DNA of 64,000 nt from an uncultured virus (IMG/VR IMGVR_UViG_3300027770_000035) (Duplodnaviria; Heunggongvirae; Uroviricota; Caudoviricetes). The notes below the pieces were generated by a model that was not told the origin of the DNA, did no database searches, and saw only the letters and a list, made by a program, of their open reading frames with translations. This document shows, piece after piece, positions 29,525 through 38,881 of this stretch. The stretch is from the IMG/VR virus record IMGVR_UViG_3300027770_000035; one strand, written 5' to 3'. The position numbers and the translations under genes are program-made. Every line of letters starts with the position of its first letter. The first letter of the stretch is position 1.

Positions 29525-30187
29525 ATGAAACTAAGTCCTTTCACCAAAGCAGTACTGAACAACTTCTCAACCATCAACAACTCGATGGTCTTCAATGAAG
29601 GTAATGAGATTCGAGTTATGCCAGAGAACAAGACGATTCTGGCCGAAGCAATTGTTACTGATTCCTTTCCTCAGACGTTTGGAATCTATGATGTTCGTCA
29701 GCTAATGGGAGTAGAATCCTTAGCAAAAGATCCAGATCTTCTGTTCAAAGAGAAGTATATGGAAGTCAAGGATGGTAAGAATACCCTGAAGTATTTCTTC
29801 ACCGATCCTTCTCGTATCGTAACTCCAACCAAACGGATTACCATCACTTCCTCGGAAGCCACCTTTGAACTTCCTGTAGCTACCATCAAGAGTCTTCACA
29901 AGACCTCTCAGGTTCTTTCTGTTGAAGATCTTCTCATCACAAAGCAGGAAGGTGAATTGGAACTGACTGTGCTCGACAAGAGCAATCCTACTTCTCACTC
30001 GTGTTCTTTTGAAGTAGAAGGAAAGTCTTCCGGTGGATTCAAGGTATATCTCAAGATCCCGAATCTCAAGTTGATCGAAGACGACTACACAGTGGCTCTG
30101 TCATCCAAGGGAGTTGCCTTATTCACAGCCAAGAGTAATCCTGTTAAGTATTATATTGCTATCGAATCAGACTCATCCTTTGAGTAG
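29525..30187 (+). CDS. gp45: Sliding clamp
   Basis: MKLS..T..VLNNFSTIN, FGIYD, NLKLIEDDY.V, YYIAIE. Confidence 0.95.
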   Translation: MKLSPFTKAVLNNFSTINNSMVFNEGNEIRVMPENKTILAEAIVTDSFPQTFGIYDVRQLMGVESLAKDPDLLFKEKYMEVKDGKNTLKYFFTDPSRIVTPTKRITITSSEATFELPVATIKSLHKTSQVLSVEDLLITKQEGELELTVLDKSNPTSHSCSFEVEGKSSGGFKVYLKIPNLKLIEDDYTVALSSKGVALFTAKSNPVKYYIAIESDSSFE

Positions 30188-30189
30188 GT

Positions 30190-30348
30190 ATGACAAAGAA
30201 ATCACGATATAACAGAGTGGTGTGGTCTGGGTCTGGGCTTGGGTCTAGGTCTTGGTCTTGGTCTGGGTCTGGGTCTGAGTCTGGGTCTGAGTCTGGGTCT
30301 TGGTCTGGGTCTAGGTCTGGGTCTAGGTCTAGGTCTTGGTCTTGGTAA
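30190..30348 (+). CDS. Ser-X dipeptide-repeat peptide 1 (52 aa)
   Basis: MTKKSRYNRVVWSGSGLGSRSWSWSGSGSESGSESGSWSGSRSGSRSRSWSW; TCT-NGG/GAG hexamer repeats. Confidence 0.65.
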   Translation: MTKKSRYNRVVWSGSGLGSRSWSWSGSGSESGSESGSWSGSRSGSRSRSWSW

Positions 30349-30355
30349 ATAATAT

Positions 30356-30610
30356 ATGACAAAGAAATCAAGTGATAACAGAGTTGTGTGGTCTGGTTCT
30401 GGGTCTGGGTCTCAGTCTGTATCTAGATCTTGCTGTGTTTCCAAGTCTGGAACTGATTCTTGGTCCAGATCTGAATCGGGATCTGATGGTTGGTCTGGAT
30501 CTTGGTCTGGGCCTGTGGGCAGATTCATGGAACATTCTAGCTCTTGTTCTGGTGATGATCGGCCTAAGACCGGATGTACTATAACAGTATATAGTGATGA
30601 GGATCTATAA
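30356..30610 (+). CDS. Ser-rich peptide 2, paralogue of peptide 1
   Basis: MTKKSSDNRVVWSGSGSG...; TAAATA 4 nt upstream. Confidence 0.6.
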   Translation: MTKKSSDNRVVWSGSGSGSQSVSRSCCVSKSGTDSWSRSESGSDGWSGSWSGPVGRFMEHSSSCSGDDRPKTGCTITVYSDEDL

Positions 30611-30611
30611 T

Positions 30612-31553
30612 ATGATTAGTAACACACTCTGGACGGAACTCTACCGTCCTCAGAAAATTGATGATTGTATTCTTCCTGATGATCTGAAAAAGACATTCAA
30701 GAAGTTTGTTGAACTCAACGACATTCCGAATATGCTACTATGTGGCAAGCCAGGTATGGGGAAGACTACAATTGCCAAGGCTCTGTGTAATGAACTGAAT
30801 TGTGATATGATTATCATCAACGGTTCAGAGGAGCGAGGTATCGATGTACTAAGGACCAAAATTAAGTCCTATGCATCGACCGTATCGATGTCTGGTGGTC
30901 TGAAGATCGTTATCATCGATGAAGCAGACTATCTTACTCCTGAGACTCAGGCAGGACTCCGAAACTTTATGGAAGAGTTCTCCAAGAGTTGTAGATTTAT
31001 TCTGACCTGCAACTTCAAGAAGAAGATCATTCCTGCACTGAGCGAGTCTCGTCTGACTACATTCGAATTCAGTATCCCATCTTCTCAGAAAAGCAAACTT
31101 GCCGCTGCGTTAATGAAACGCATCAATAATATTCTGAAGACTGAGGGAATTGAGTTCGAGCAGAAGGTTGTTGCGGAAGTTATTATGAAGTTCTTTCCTG
31201 ACTTCCGCAAGACCCTCTCTGAGTTCCAGCGGTATGCAACTGTCAATGGTAAGATCGATGCTGGTCTTCTCTCGGCGATTCAGAATCTTTCTGTGAAGGG
31301 ACTGGTTGAGTCTCTGAAGAAGAAAGACTTTCCTGCAATGCGAAAGTGGGTCAATGAAAACCTAGACAACTCCCCCGATGATATTATTCGGATGGTGTTT
31401 GATTCGATGGAAGATGTGATGGAACCCGGATCTATTCCTCAGTGTATCATTCATCTGGCTGACTATCAGTACAAGTCAGCATTTGTTGCTGATGCCGAAA
31501 TCAATCTGTCGGCTATGTTTATCATGCTCATGGCAGATGTGGTGTGGAAGTAA
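30612..31553 (+). CDS. gp44: Clamp loader large subunit
   Basis: LWTELYRP, GKPGMGKTT, IIDEAD, CRFILTCN, FPDFRK. Confidence 0.96.
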   Translation: MISNTLWTELYRPQKIDDCILPDDLKKTFKKFVELNDIPNMLLCGKPGMGKTTIAKALCNELNCDMIIINGSEERGIDVLRTKIKSYASTVSMSGGLKIVIIDEADYLTPETQAGLRNFMEEFSKSCRFILTCNFKKKIIPALSESRLTTFEFSIPSSQKSKLAAALMKRINNILKTEGIEFEQKVVAEVIMKFFPDFRKTLSEFQRYATVNGKIDAGLLSAIQNLSVKGLVESLKKKDFPAMRKWVNENLDNSPDDIIRMVFDSMEDVMEPGSIPQCIIHLADYQYKSAFVADAEINLSAMFIMLMADVVWK

Positions 31554-31554
31554 T

Positions 31555-31938
31555 ATGCCAGAACTCAAGGACATCCTGAAGTCCATCAACCTCACCAAGG
31601 ATGCCGACCTCATTGATTCATTTAACGAGTCAGACTATCCTGCATGGGTGGTGAACAGGGCAATGTCTTTCTATCCTGATACAATCCTTCAGGTGAATGA
31701 GATGAACCAGAGATCTACCATTCCAAAAATACTACAATACAAGTATCTGTTGAATTCGGTGAGGAAGAAGAATCGATACAGTCCTTGGTTGAAAGTAAAG
31801 GTGGATCCTGATGTTGCTGTGATCAAGGAATACTATGGATATTCCACCCGCAAGGCAAAGGAGATGATACCATTGATCTCAAAAGAATCTCTTCATCAAA
31901 TGAAAGAATCATTAGATCGAGGAGGGATCAGAAAGTAA
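31555..31938 (+). CDS. gp62: Clamp loader small subunit
   Basis: YPAWVVNRAMS, NEMN, RYSPWLK, KEYYGYS; follows gp44. Confidence 0.92.
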   Translation: MPELKDILKSINLTKDADLIDSFNESDYPAWVVNRAMSFYPDTILQVNEMNQRSTIPKILQYKYLLNSVRKKNRYSPWLKVKVDPDVAVIKEYYGYSTRKAKEMIPLISKESLHQMKESLDRGGIRK

Positions 31939-31983
31939 ATTTCTCTTCCGACTAAATAATACCTTAGGAACAAGAGAAATATT

Positions 31984-32448
31984 ATGAACCCAGACGACAT
32001 TGTATCAACCTTTATTGAAATTGAACTGCCTGATAACGACAGCTTCCTCAAGATAAAGGAGACTCTCACCCGAGTGGGTATCTCCTCAAACAGAGATAAG
32101 AAGCTTTATCAGTCATGCCATGTTCTTCATAAGAAGGGAAAATATTACATCGTCCACTTCAAGGAACTGTTCTGGTTAGATGGCAGACCTCACACAATCG
32201 ACGAGAGTGATATTGCACGTCGGAATTCTATTGCTCGTCTGCTTCAGGAATGGGCACTGTGTACGATTGTGGGTTCCAGATTTATGGCAACCGATGAGAC
32301 AGGAAAGGATATATACTCCTATCCTCCTACAATGACCACCTTTTGTAGCTACAATAAGATTAAGATTCTTCCCTTCTCTGAGAAGGATGAATGGCAGTTG
32401 GTGACAAAATATAGTCTGGGAAAGAAAAAATATGACAACACAAAGTGA
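31984..32448 (+). CDS. regA: Translational repressor RegA
   Basis: FLKIKETLTRVGI, LYQSCHVLHKKGKYYIVHFKELF, RRNSIA. Confidence 0.96.
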   Translation: MNPDDIVSTFIEIELPDNDSFLKIKETLTRVGISSNRDKKLYQSCHVLHKKGKYYIVHFKELFWLDGRPHTIDESDIARRNSIARLLQEWALCTIVGSRFMATDETGKDIYSYPPTMTTFCSYNKIKILPFSEKDEWQLVTKYSLGKKKYDNTK

Positions 32449-32716
32449 AAAAAAAGTCTGGGTAATGGTTGAGACAATCTCCACCATGCGCCATCGTTAT
32501 ATGATTGAGACGCCTGAGGATCATCCAGAATGGGCAATGGATAGTGTTGTGATGGAAGATGCCGATGAATTTTCTCAGAAGCATATTGGTGAACTCATCC
32601 TGGATTACAAGATCCTTTCTGAGGCGGATGTTTTGTCTATTTGTGATGAGGACAATGACTACTGTCAGAGTTGGTCTGATGAGAAGAAGATAGAAGTATT
32701 CTGTAATAGAATGTAG
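32432..32716 (+). CDS. Hypothetical acidic protein
   Basis: VMVETIS..RHRY...EFSQKHIGE. Confidence 0.65.
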   Translation: MTTQSEKKVWVMVETISTMRHRYMIETPEDHPEWAMDSVVMEDADEFSQKHIGELILDYKILSEADVLSICDEDNDYCQSWSDEKKIEVFCNRM

Positions 32717-32717
32717 T

Positions 32718-33065
32718 GTGTATCAACCCACCCTTAGATCGATTCGGTTGAATTATTCGATACTGAATAAGACGATCTTCGATGGGATACTGCCCAGATC
32801 CACCGACATTGAATTCCGAATAGGAGTCATGAAAGGTGCTCTGGGCATTTGCATGTATATACGGTCTAGGGACGCTCTGGTAGTGAAGCTTCGTCCTGTG
32901 TTCCGAGATCGAAAACTGTTTATCACCATTCTTGCTCATGAGATGATTCATGTCTATGAGTTCACAAGACACCAACGAATGACTCATGGTCCTAAGTTCT
33001 TCGAATGGCGATCTCTTTTTGCACAACACGGGATCGTGCTTGCTAAGAAATATTTGGCTGATTAG
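32718..33065 (+). CDS. SprT-like zinc metalloprotease
   Basis: LNKTIFDGILP...ILAHEMIH...HGPKFFEW. Confidence 0.8.
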   Translation: MYQPTLRSIRLNYSILNKTIFDGILPRSTDIEFRIGVMKGALGICMYIRSRDALVVKLRPVFRDRKLFITILAHEMIHVYEFTRHQRMTHGPKFFEWRSLFAQHGIVLAKKYLAD

Positions 33066-33885
33066 AAGAGTTTAATTTCGCAAACATAGCTTTGATTGAA
33101 TTGGGATTGTCCAATGAGTATAACGATGATGTTTGAAAAGAAGAGAATCTACCAATCACAAACAGCTGTGCTGTACGATATATTGATAGATCAGATTTCT
33201 TTACTCCAGACCATTTTATTCTCATCTCAATATTCAATTCCCCATCCAATTCTGGTATAGGGAGATTCAACGGATTTGTTCCAAGAAAGAATAATCCAGA
33301 TCCCTTAGTGGTCTTGGTATCACGACCGCCTATTTGAATATAATACACATCTTTATTATTATATAACTTTTCGATGAACTTGGTATGATATCTCTGCACG
33401 GTGTTGATATTCTTCAATAATCCTTCACGTTTCAACTGATCCCTCACATCTATTGTTGATTTGAAAGGAAGGGATGCAATTTTAACTGAAGTGGAGTCGT
33501 CTGATAATTCGTTAGCTCTATCTATATAATCATTCAATTGAGTTGTTTTTGATTTCACTAATTCCAGTAGAACGAGCTTATCCTCGTCCTCTATATGTTC
33601 TGGAAATGAGAACTCCCCAGTTTTTTGATTATATTTAATTGAGAATCCTCCCATCTGATCTATGGCAGATTTCTTCACTTCAATATTGAAAGGTGTATTT
33701 TGATATTTTGCTTCAATATCACCATATCCTTGAGAAGAATATGCACCAGATTTTTTTCTGGGAACACTTAATGATGGAATAGGAATGTCTCTTTTGGCAT
33801 TAAATAAAACACGATAGATTTGATTTTGGTATTTTTCACCTTCAGCACCTACAGATTCTTCCAACCATTCCTTAAATGATAACAT
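33043..33885 (-). CDS. Putative PD-(D/E)xK nuclease-fold protein with capsid-targeting-like leader
   Basis: MLSFKEWLEE; GEKYQ...GDIEAK...NIEVKK; YYIQIG...GLF. Confidence 0.6.
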   Translation of the reverse strand: MLSFKEWLEESVGAEGEKYQNQIYRVLFNAKRDIPIPSLSVPRKKSGAYSSQGYGDIEAKYQNTPFNIEVKKSAIDQMGGFSIKYNQKTGEFSFPEHIEDEDKLVLLELVKSKTTQLNDYIDRANELSDDSTSVKIASLPFKSTIDVRDQLKREGLLKNINTVQRYHTKFIEKLYNNKDVYYIQIGGRDTKTTKGSGLFFLGTNPLNLPIPELDGELNIEMRIKWSGVKKSDLSIYRTAQLFVIGRFSSFQTSSLYSLDNPNSIKAMFAKLNSSNQPNIS

Positions 33886-34451
33886 TACTGGACTCCTAAG
33901 ATTTGATGTAACTTACCAATGACATCATTCGCATCCACGTACTTAATACCAATACCACCCTGCTTTTTCCAGGCTGTGATGTTCTTTCCGAAGTCATCAA
34001 TCAGAATATTAGGTACACCATTACTCTTTGCATAGTCCTGCTTATCCGAAGTAAAGATTGCAGGAACCGATCCGAGACCGTGAGCCTTCAGCCATTCCCT
34101 CTTGCCTTCGATTGACTCAGATTTCTTATTGCCTTTCATCGGAGCCGACAGGATACTGAAAGGTATGTTATTCTTCTTGAGCCAGTCGATCAGAATCTGA
34201 CCTCCTTCCAACACATCGAGGGAGGCAAAGAAGTCTATAGGATTCTCGATAGACTGGACAAGCTTGTTTTGCTCAGCAGGAGAAAGTTCTCGTTTCAGAT
34301 CCTCCCAGGCATCTTTCTTGGTATTCTTTTCCTGATACATTGTCCACAGTTCACCAAAGAAGTCAGCAAGAACTCCATCCATATCCAAGAAAATCTGAGG
34401 CTTTGCTTTCTCGGCCTCCATCACTTTCATATACTCTTTGAATGATTTCAT
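33885..34451 (-). CDS. HAD-family 5'(3')-nucleotidase-like protein with capsid-targeting-like leader
   Basis: MKSFKEYMKVMEAE; IFLDMDGVLADF, ILSAP, K.EWL, ILIDD...W...GGIGI. Confidence 0.85.
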   Translation of the reverse strand: MKSFKEYMKVMEAEKAKPQIFLDMDGVLADFFGELWTMYQEKNTKKDAWEDLKRELSPAEQNKLVQSIENPIDFFASLDVLEGGQILIDWLKKNNIPFSILSAPMKGNKKSESIEGKREWLKAHGLGSVPAIFTSDKQDYAKSNGVPNILIDDFGKNITAWKKQGGIGIKYVDANDVIGKLHQILGVQ

Positions 34452-34951
34452 TATACGACCGCCTCGATGGTGTAGTATGAATATGCAAACGTGGCATCAC
34501 ATGTCAATGGAGTGGCTGTGGTGATCTGAGAATCATAACTCAGCGCACCCAAGGCAGTCGGAAAACAATCCTTGAACCTGATGATCTGCAATGGATTATA
34601 TTTGTTGGATAGAATCAACAGAGTAGCATCAGAGACCAGGCTGTTGGTGGCTTTGTATAGTCTGTGCTGTTCTGTGCTCTGTGGCTTACCTAATCCTGTC
34701 ATCCAGTTTTGGATTTCCACATAGTTACTGAGATCAGACTGCACCAAGAAGTTAATGGTGAACGGATCAAAATTGAGCTTGTCACCAAAGGTGGGATAGT
34801 TGAGCAGTGGAGTAGGAACTCGAATCTCTGGCAGAGTAATCCCAGGCACAGATAAAGAATGTGCTGTGTATTCTACGTTAGGTAGCTTTGAGAACGCAAG
34901 CTTGAATAGAGATGGTAGCGCAAGATCTAGAGTTGAAGGAACGAATGCCAT
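34451..34951 (-). CDS. gp3: Tail tube terminator, T4 gp3-like (start moved to MAFVPS)
   Basis: LPNVEY...PGITL...GDKLNFDP...NYVEIQNWM...SDATL...F.DCFPTAL; TAAATA 5 nt upstream. Confidence 0.85.
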   Translation of the reverse strand: MAFVPSTLDLALPSLFKLAFSKLPNVEYTAHSLSVPGITLPEIRVPTPLLNYPTFGDKLNFDPFTINFLVQSDLSNYVEIQNWMTGLGKPQSTEQHRLYKATNSLVSDATLLILSNKYNPLQIIRFKDCFPTALGALSYDSQITTATPLTCDATFAYSYYTIEAVV

Positions 34952-34959
34952 ACAACTAT

Positions 34960-35226
34960 TTATCTCTCTGTGATTCTGATCTTCAACTGATCTGTACCAC
35001 GCCACAGACGATGGAAGATATCCTTACCAATAAAGTATGATTTCCCCTGCACCAGATCCATCGGAAGATAATCGTCGATCTGGAATTTCCAGCCGACTCC
35101 AGCTTCTACTGTAAAGGTTCTGTCATTCCTATCACGATGCCAGTGGAGTTCCATCTCATCTACATCCTCGGAAAAGATTCTTACGAAAGAACCTGACTTA
35201 TGTTCAGTATCATTATATGGTGTCAT
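34960..35226 (-). CDS. Small conserved cupin-like phage protein
   Basis: ELHWHRDRNDR...GWKFQID...FHRL. Confidence 0.7.
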   Translation of the reverse strand: MTPYNDTEHKSGSFVRIFSEDVDEMELHWHRDRNDRTFTVEAGVGWKFQIDDYLPMDLVQGKSYFIGKDIFHRLWRGTDQLKIRITER

Positions 35227-35957
35227 AGTTCAACTCTTTCACAAGCAGTAATATGCTTGTTGTAATTTGGTTTAGTATAACCATTACCACAATGAGGACA
35301 AGGTATCCTAATTCTAATTAGAGCATTAAGTCTCATCTTTTCTTTAGTTGATTCTGATTTAGGAACCCCTGCATTCCATTTTCCAGTTCCACTAAGTTTG
35401 GCAGAAATGCTTTGCTTTTTCTTAGTTTCTTCTGTATGAACAGTTCCAGTCTTAATTACTGACATATTAGTTCTGTATTCTTCGGTACGAATACTTTCTA
35501 AATGTCTTTTTCGGACTTCTGGATTCTTCATTGGATTATTTTCTCCCAAGTGAGCTTGACGATTTTTCTCTTTAGTTTCAGGAGATTGGGTAAGACCCAA
35601 GTGAGCTTGACGAATTTTCTCTTTAGTTTCAGGAGACATATTCAATGCAATTTGGCGTATTTTCTCTTTAGTTTCATTAGAATGAGTATATCCGCTGGAC
35701 CCTTCTCCTCCATCAGTGAGGTTACGAAGAATTCCAGTTCCGAGATCCTTTCTACCATAAAAAGTTATCCAGTATTGTTCAAGTTCAATCGATTCTTTTT
35801 CTGAAAGGAGGGCTTGGATAATTTGAATGCGATCTTTGGATGGAACAGCAATACGATGATTTTTGCTCCAGGCTCTATTCCCTTTACCTTTTCCGATGTA
35901 ATATGGGGTGCCGTCTTCTCTTAGATAGGCGTAGACGTAATAAATATTGGTAGGCAT
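35223..35957 (-). mobile_element. Free-standing GIY-YIG homing endonuclease with NUMOD3-like repeats
   Basis: YYVYAYLREDGTPYYIGKG.GNR, LRNLTDGGEG, repeated S.ETKEKIRQ, C-terminal CPHC; own TATAAATA at 36030-36023. Confidence 0.85.
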
Positions 35958-36025
35958 ATGCTAACTATCCTTAGTATGTGTTTAGAGGGTGGCGGTGCTT
36001 GATACACTTCCACCCTCACATCTAT

Positions 36026-36598
36026 TTATAAATTTAGAAATTTGGGAATGATAGCAGCCAGTAAGAAAATCCAAAAAAATTGTCCGCCCCCGACGAGGCC
36101 CAGACTCTTTGCGAAGTGTGGGGTCCGACACGCCCAGTATCCAGGAGTTGTCTTATCATTTTTTAGATGACATTGATGACGAGCAGCAAATGACTTTCTT
36201 GCCTTAGGATCACTAAGCTTTACTTCCAGTCCTGAGGTATCACCAAAAGCAATCTTGATGATATTGCCCTTGGCATTCTTTACATAGACGTAGAATTTCT
36301 TCGGCCCACCACGTTTGGGTTTATCCAAGTCAACTTTCTTGCCGTGGTATTCGGCTTCGGCTAACATAGGAAAGTCCAGAGGTACCTCAACTCCCTCATA
36401 TATTGCAAACGTTCCGATGTCTGTTGCCAGAATTTCCTTATCTGTTTCTGACAGAGTAAGCACATCCTGATGCAGTCGAGCCTCGTTGATAAGGTCGAAG
36501 TGAGATTTGGATCCATATCTGTACACCTGTTCTGCCAGAGGAATTTTATTTTCTAGGTGATACGCTAGACCTTCGGAAAATTCTTTGAATGATTTCAT
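36026..36598 (-). CDS. Conserved T4-like protein with capsid-targeting-like leader (start moved to MKSFKEF)
   Basis: AEYHGKKVDLDKPKRGGPKKFYVYVK...ARKSFAARHQC...GYWAC; CATAAATA upstream. Confidence 0.75.
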   Translation of the reverse strand: MKSFKEFSEGLAYHLENKIPLAEQVYRYGSKSHFDLINEARLHQDVLTLSETDKEILATDIGTFAIYEGVEVPLDFPMLAEAEYHGKKVDLDKPKRGGPKKFYVYVKNAKGNIIKIAFGDTSGLEVKLSDPKARKSFAARHQCHLKNDKTTPGYWACRTPHFAKSLGLVGGGQFFWIFLLAAIIPKFLNL

Positions 36599-37140
36599 AC
36601 AGGAGTATTTATGGCGTTCTGGCACAGAAAGAATGCATCCACGATATCAGACACAGGAGAATCGCAGTTCTTTCTACCCATCGTCTGCATCAGATCCACA
36701 CCTTCTTGTTCTACAAAGGCATCATACATCTGCTGTTTATTGGAGTTACCTTTGCCTGTGGCAAACTTCTTCAACACAGTGGGAGGAATCTTGAAATATG
36801 GCTGGCCAGTTGTCCAGAGAAGATACTGCAAAACCTGAGTATTCTCGGCGATGTGGAACACCTTGCCTTTGCTGCCCATAGAATAGTCTTCGATGCAGAT
36901 TCGAGAATTTTTGAATCCATTATTCATATTGATGAGTAAGGTGGCGATGTTATGATATCGTTCGTTGGGATCCTTCCAGGGTTTGTGAGGATAGAGAAAG
37001 ACGTTGCCCAGATCATGAGTAATCTTCTTATCGGTTATTACGGTGAAGGTACAGTTCTTAAAACAAAAATCCCCAGCAGTATCATTGAAGACACATACTG
37101 CTGGAGAGGTTAGAGAGTAATCAATACCAACATATATCAT
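36595..37140 (-). CDS. RuvC-like (RNase H fold) nuclease / Holliday junction resolvase
   Basis: VGIDYSLTSP, IEDYSMGS, PPTVLKKFATGKGN..K, DIVDA. Confidence 0.8.
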   Translation of the reverse strand: MIYVGIDYSLTSPAVCVFNDTAGDFCFKNCTFTVITDKKITHDLGNVFLYPHKPWKDPNERYHNIATLLINMNNGFKNSRICIEDYSMGSKGKVFHIAENTQVLQYLLWTTGQPYFKIPPTVLKKFATGKGNSNKQQMYDAFVEQEGVDLMQTMGRKNCDSPVSDIVDAFFLCQNAINTPV

Positions 37141-37150
37141 ATGTCAGTAT

Positions 37151-37582
37151 TTAGTTCAGGATTTCGGTGGCTCGATCCTGAGTGAGTAGACCTGCTGTTA
37201 CTAAGTATTCCACACCCTGAATGGTTGCGGAGTTTGTGACATCAATAGAATCTGCTGCATCAAAGTTCTTGGTGATGGTATTCAAAGTTGCTTTGTGAAC
37301 ATCACTGAGTGTGGTACTTGAGGCAAAGTTATCGATGGCGACCAATTCTGCCAGAGTAAATCTGGATCTGAATTGATACTTGGTAAACACTGTTTGAGGT
37401 GGAGGAGGTGGAGGAGGTGGTGGTGGAGGAGGCGCAGTAAATACTCCATTCTCATAACTCCAAGATTGATTAGGATGTCCTGTGGCATCTGTAATCTCAA
37501 TTGAATTTTCAACGGTGTAGTCGTCTTCTGCTACGATCATATTGACTACGATGTTTCCATTCATTAATGCTAAGTTTTTCAT
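37151..37582 (-). CDS. Tail-fibre-associated protein with poly-proline linker
   Basis: WSYENGVFTAP, poly-Pro run, TKYQFRSRFT..E, LLTQDRATEIL. Confidence 0.6.
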   Translation of the reverse strand: MKNLALMNGNIVVNMIVAEDDYTVENSIEITDATGHPNQSWSYENGVFTAPPPPPPPPPPPPQTVFTKYQFRSRFTLAELVAIDNFASSTTLSDVHKATLNTITKNFDAADSIDVTNSATIQGVEYLVTAGLLTQDRATEILN

Positions 37583-37950
37583 ATATTCTTACCTTTGATC
37601 TTTTTTGTGAATCTAGAATCTTCCAGTACTCGCCAGCCCACGTATCCACCAACGAATTTCATCTTGAACATTATATTGGATACATCACAACTCATATGTT
37701 CAGATTCTCCCATAATCAAATTTCCATTTCTATGAATTTTAACTGGGAAATATTTCGTTGATCCATCCTGGTCAGAAAAGTAAATCGTGGTTCCCATCGT
37801 GGGTTTTGGTGGCAACACAAACATCGCACTCTTGTCGAATGACTGAAGAGTATAATGTCCATTATCTTGGACATAATGATAATCATACTCTTCACCTGAA
37901 GTTACTTTGGGAGCATTAAAAATTTTTGCAAGGTCAATAATATTATTCAT
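37579..37950 (-). CDS. Tail-fibre-domain protein
   Basis: VLPPKP..G...RNGNLIMG...GW, the same domain type as the fibre C-terminus. Confidence 0.5.
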   Translation of the reverse strand: MNNIIDLAKIFNAPKVTSGEEYDYHYVQDNGHYTLQSFDKSAMFVLPPKPTMGTTIYFSDQDGSTKYFPVKIHRNGNLIMGESEHMSCDVSNIMFKMKFVGGYVGWRVLEDSRFTKKIKGKNI

Positions 37951-37953
37951 TAA

Positions 37954-38865
37954 TTAACCCACATAGAAAATCATTACATATCCAGTGCCGCCAGCACCAC
38001 CACTACCACCCACGCCACCCGAGCCACTACCGTTGTATGAACCCCCACCACCACCACCACCAGTATTAGCTGGTGCTGCTCCCCCAGCGATGCCACCACT
38101 GACGTTGCTCGTGGCTCCGATTCCCCCAGGTCCGATACTTGCTCCTCCTCCACCGCCAGCGTATCGACCCGTGTTAATTGGGGCCGCAGCACCACCATCC
38201 CCTCCAAGCACACCTAATCCACTATAGTTTCCTGCGCTGCCAGGGCCTTCTGTACTCGCCCCGTAACGGGCATTTCCAGTTCCACCAGCACCACCACCAT
38301 AATATGGATGGTCTATTACCCCACCCTGATTGGTATACGTATAATTGTAAAACCCGGTCATCTGTGCTGCACTAAGGGTAGTATATGATTTCAGTGTACT
38401 ATAGTAGTACCCATAATGCCCTGCGCCGTCTGTCGCAAACATTTGAACTGCCGATGGGGTGATATTAGTTTTACCATATACTCCAATATATGGATCTACG
38501 GCCCCACCACCAAATCCCCGCCACACGTTCGCCCCTAAAGCAGTAAACGTCGGGCTTCCTGGATAATTTGTTGTTAGTGTAGTATTACCGCCAGCGCCAC
38601 CAGAGGTACCACCTGCGCCTATACCCGCAGTGAGACTTCCGGTAAGATAAATGTTGTCATAAAACGCTATAGCACCACCACCTCCACCACCACCACCACC
38701 GCTAGCAGTTACTGCTGTGTCTCCACCACTGATCCCTCCACTACCACCACCAACAAGCATAGCATTTACGAATTGAACGTTGTTGGGTTGGGCGAATGAG
38801 CCTGAAGCTGTGATTGCAGTAGCTTTATTTGTACCACCACCCAAAAATTGACTAAGATTTGACAT
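37954..38865 (-). CDS. Glycine-rich tail/adhesin protein
   Basis: MSNLSQF, LVGGG, GGGGGG runs, GGAGGTGYVMI terminus. Confidence 0.7.
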   Translation of the reverse strand: MSNLSQFLGGGTNKATAITASGSFAQPNNVQFVNAMLVGGGSGGISGGDTAVTASGGGGGGGGGAIAFYDNIYLTGSLTAGIGAGGTSGGAGGNTTLTTNYPGSPTFTALGANVWRGFGGGAVDPYIGVYGKTNITPSAVQMFATDGAGHYGYYYSTLKSYTTLSAAQMTGFYNYTYTNQGGVIDHPYYGGGAGGTGNARYGASTEGPGSAGNYSGLGVLGGDGGAAAPINTGRYAGGGGGASIGPGGIGATSNVSGGIAGGAAPANTGGGGGGGSYNGSGSGGVGGSGGAGGTGYVMIFYVG

Positions 38866-38881
38866 TAATTATTATCCTCTT

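Noticed and set aside
30159..30584. DPDLD-repeat minus-strand ORF and GL-repeat plus-strand ORF
   Set aside because: Shadow frames of the TCTNGG repeat; the Ser frame has the duplicated leader and follows operon direction
37400..37435. GGA/GGT trinucleotide run as a regulatory microsatellite
   Set aside because: Encodes an in-frame poly-proline linker with mixed codons
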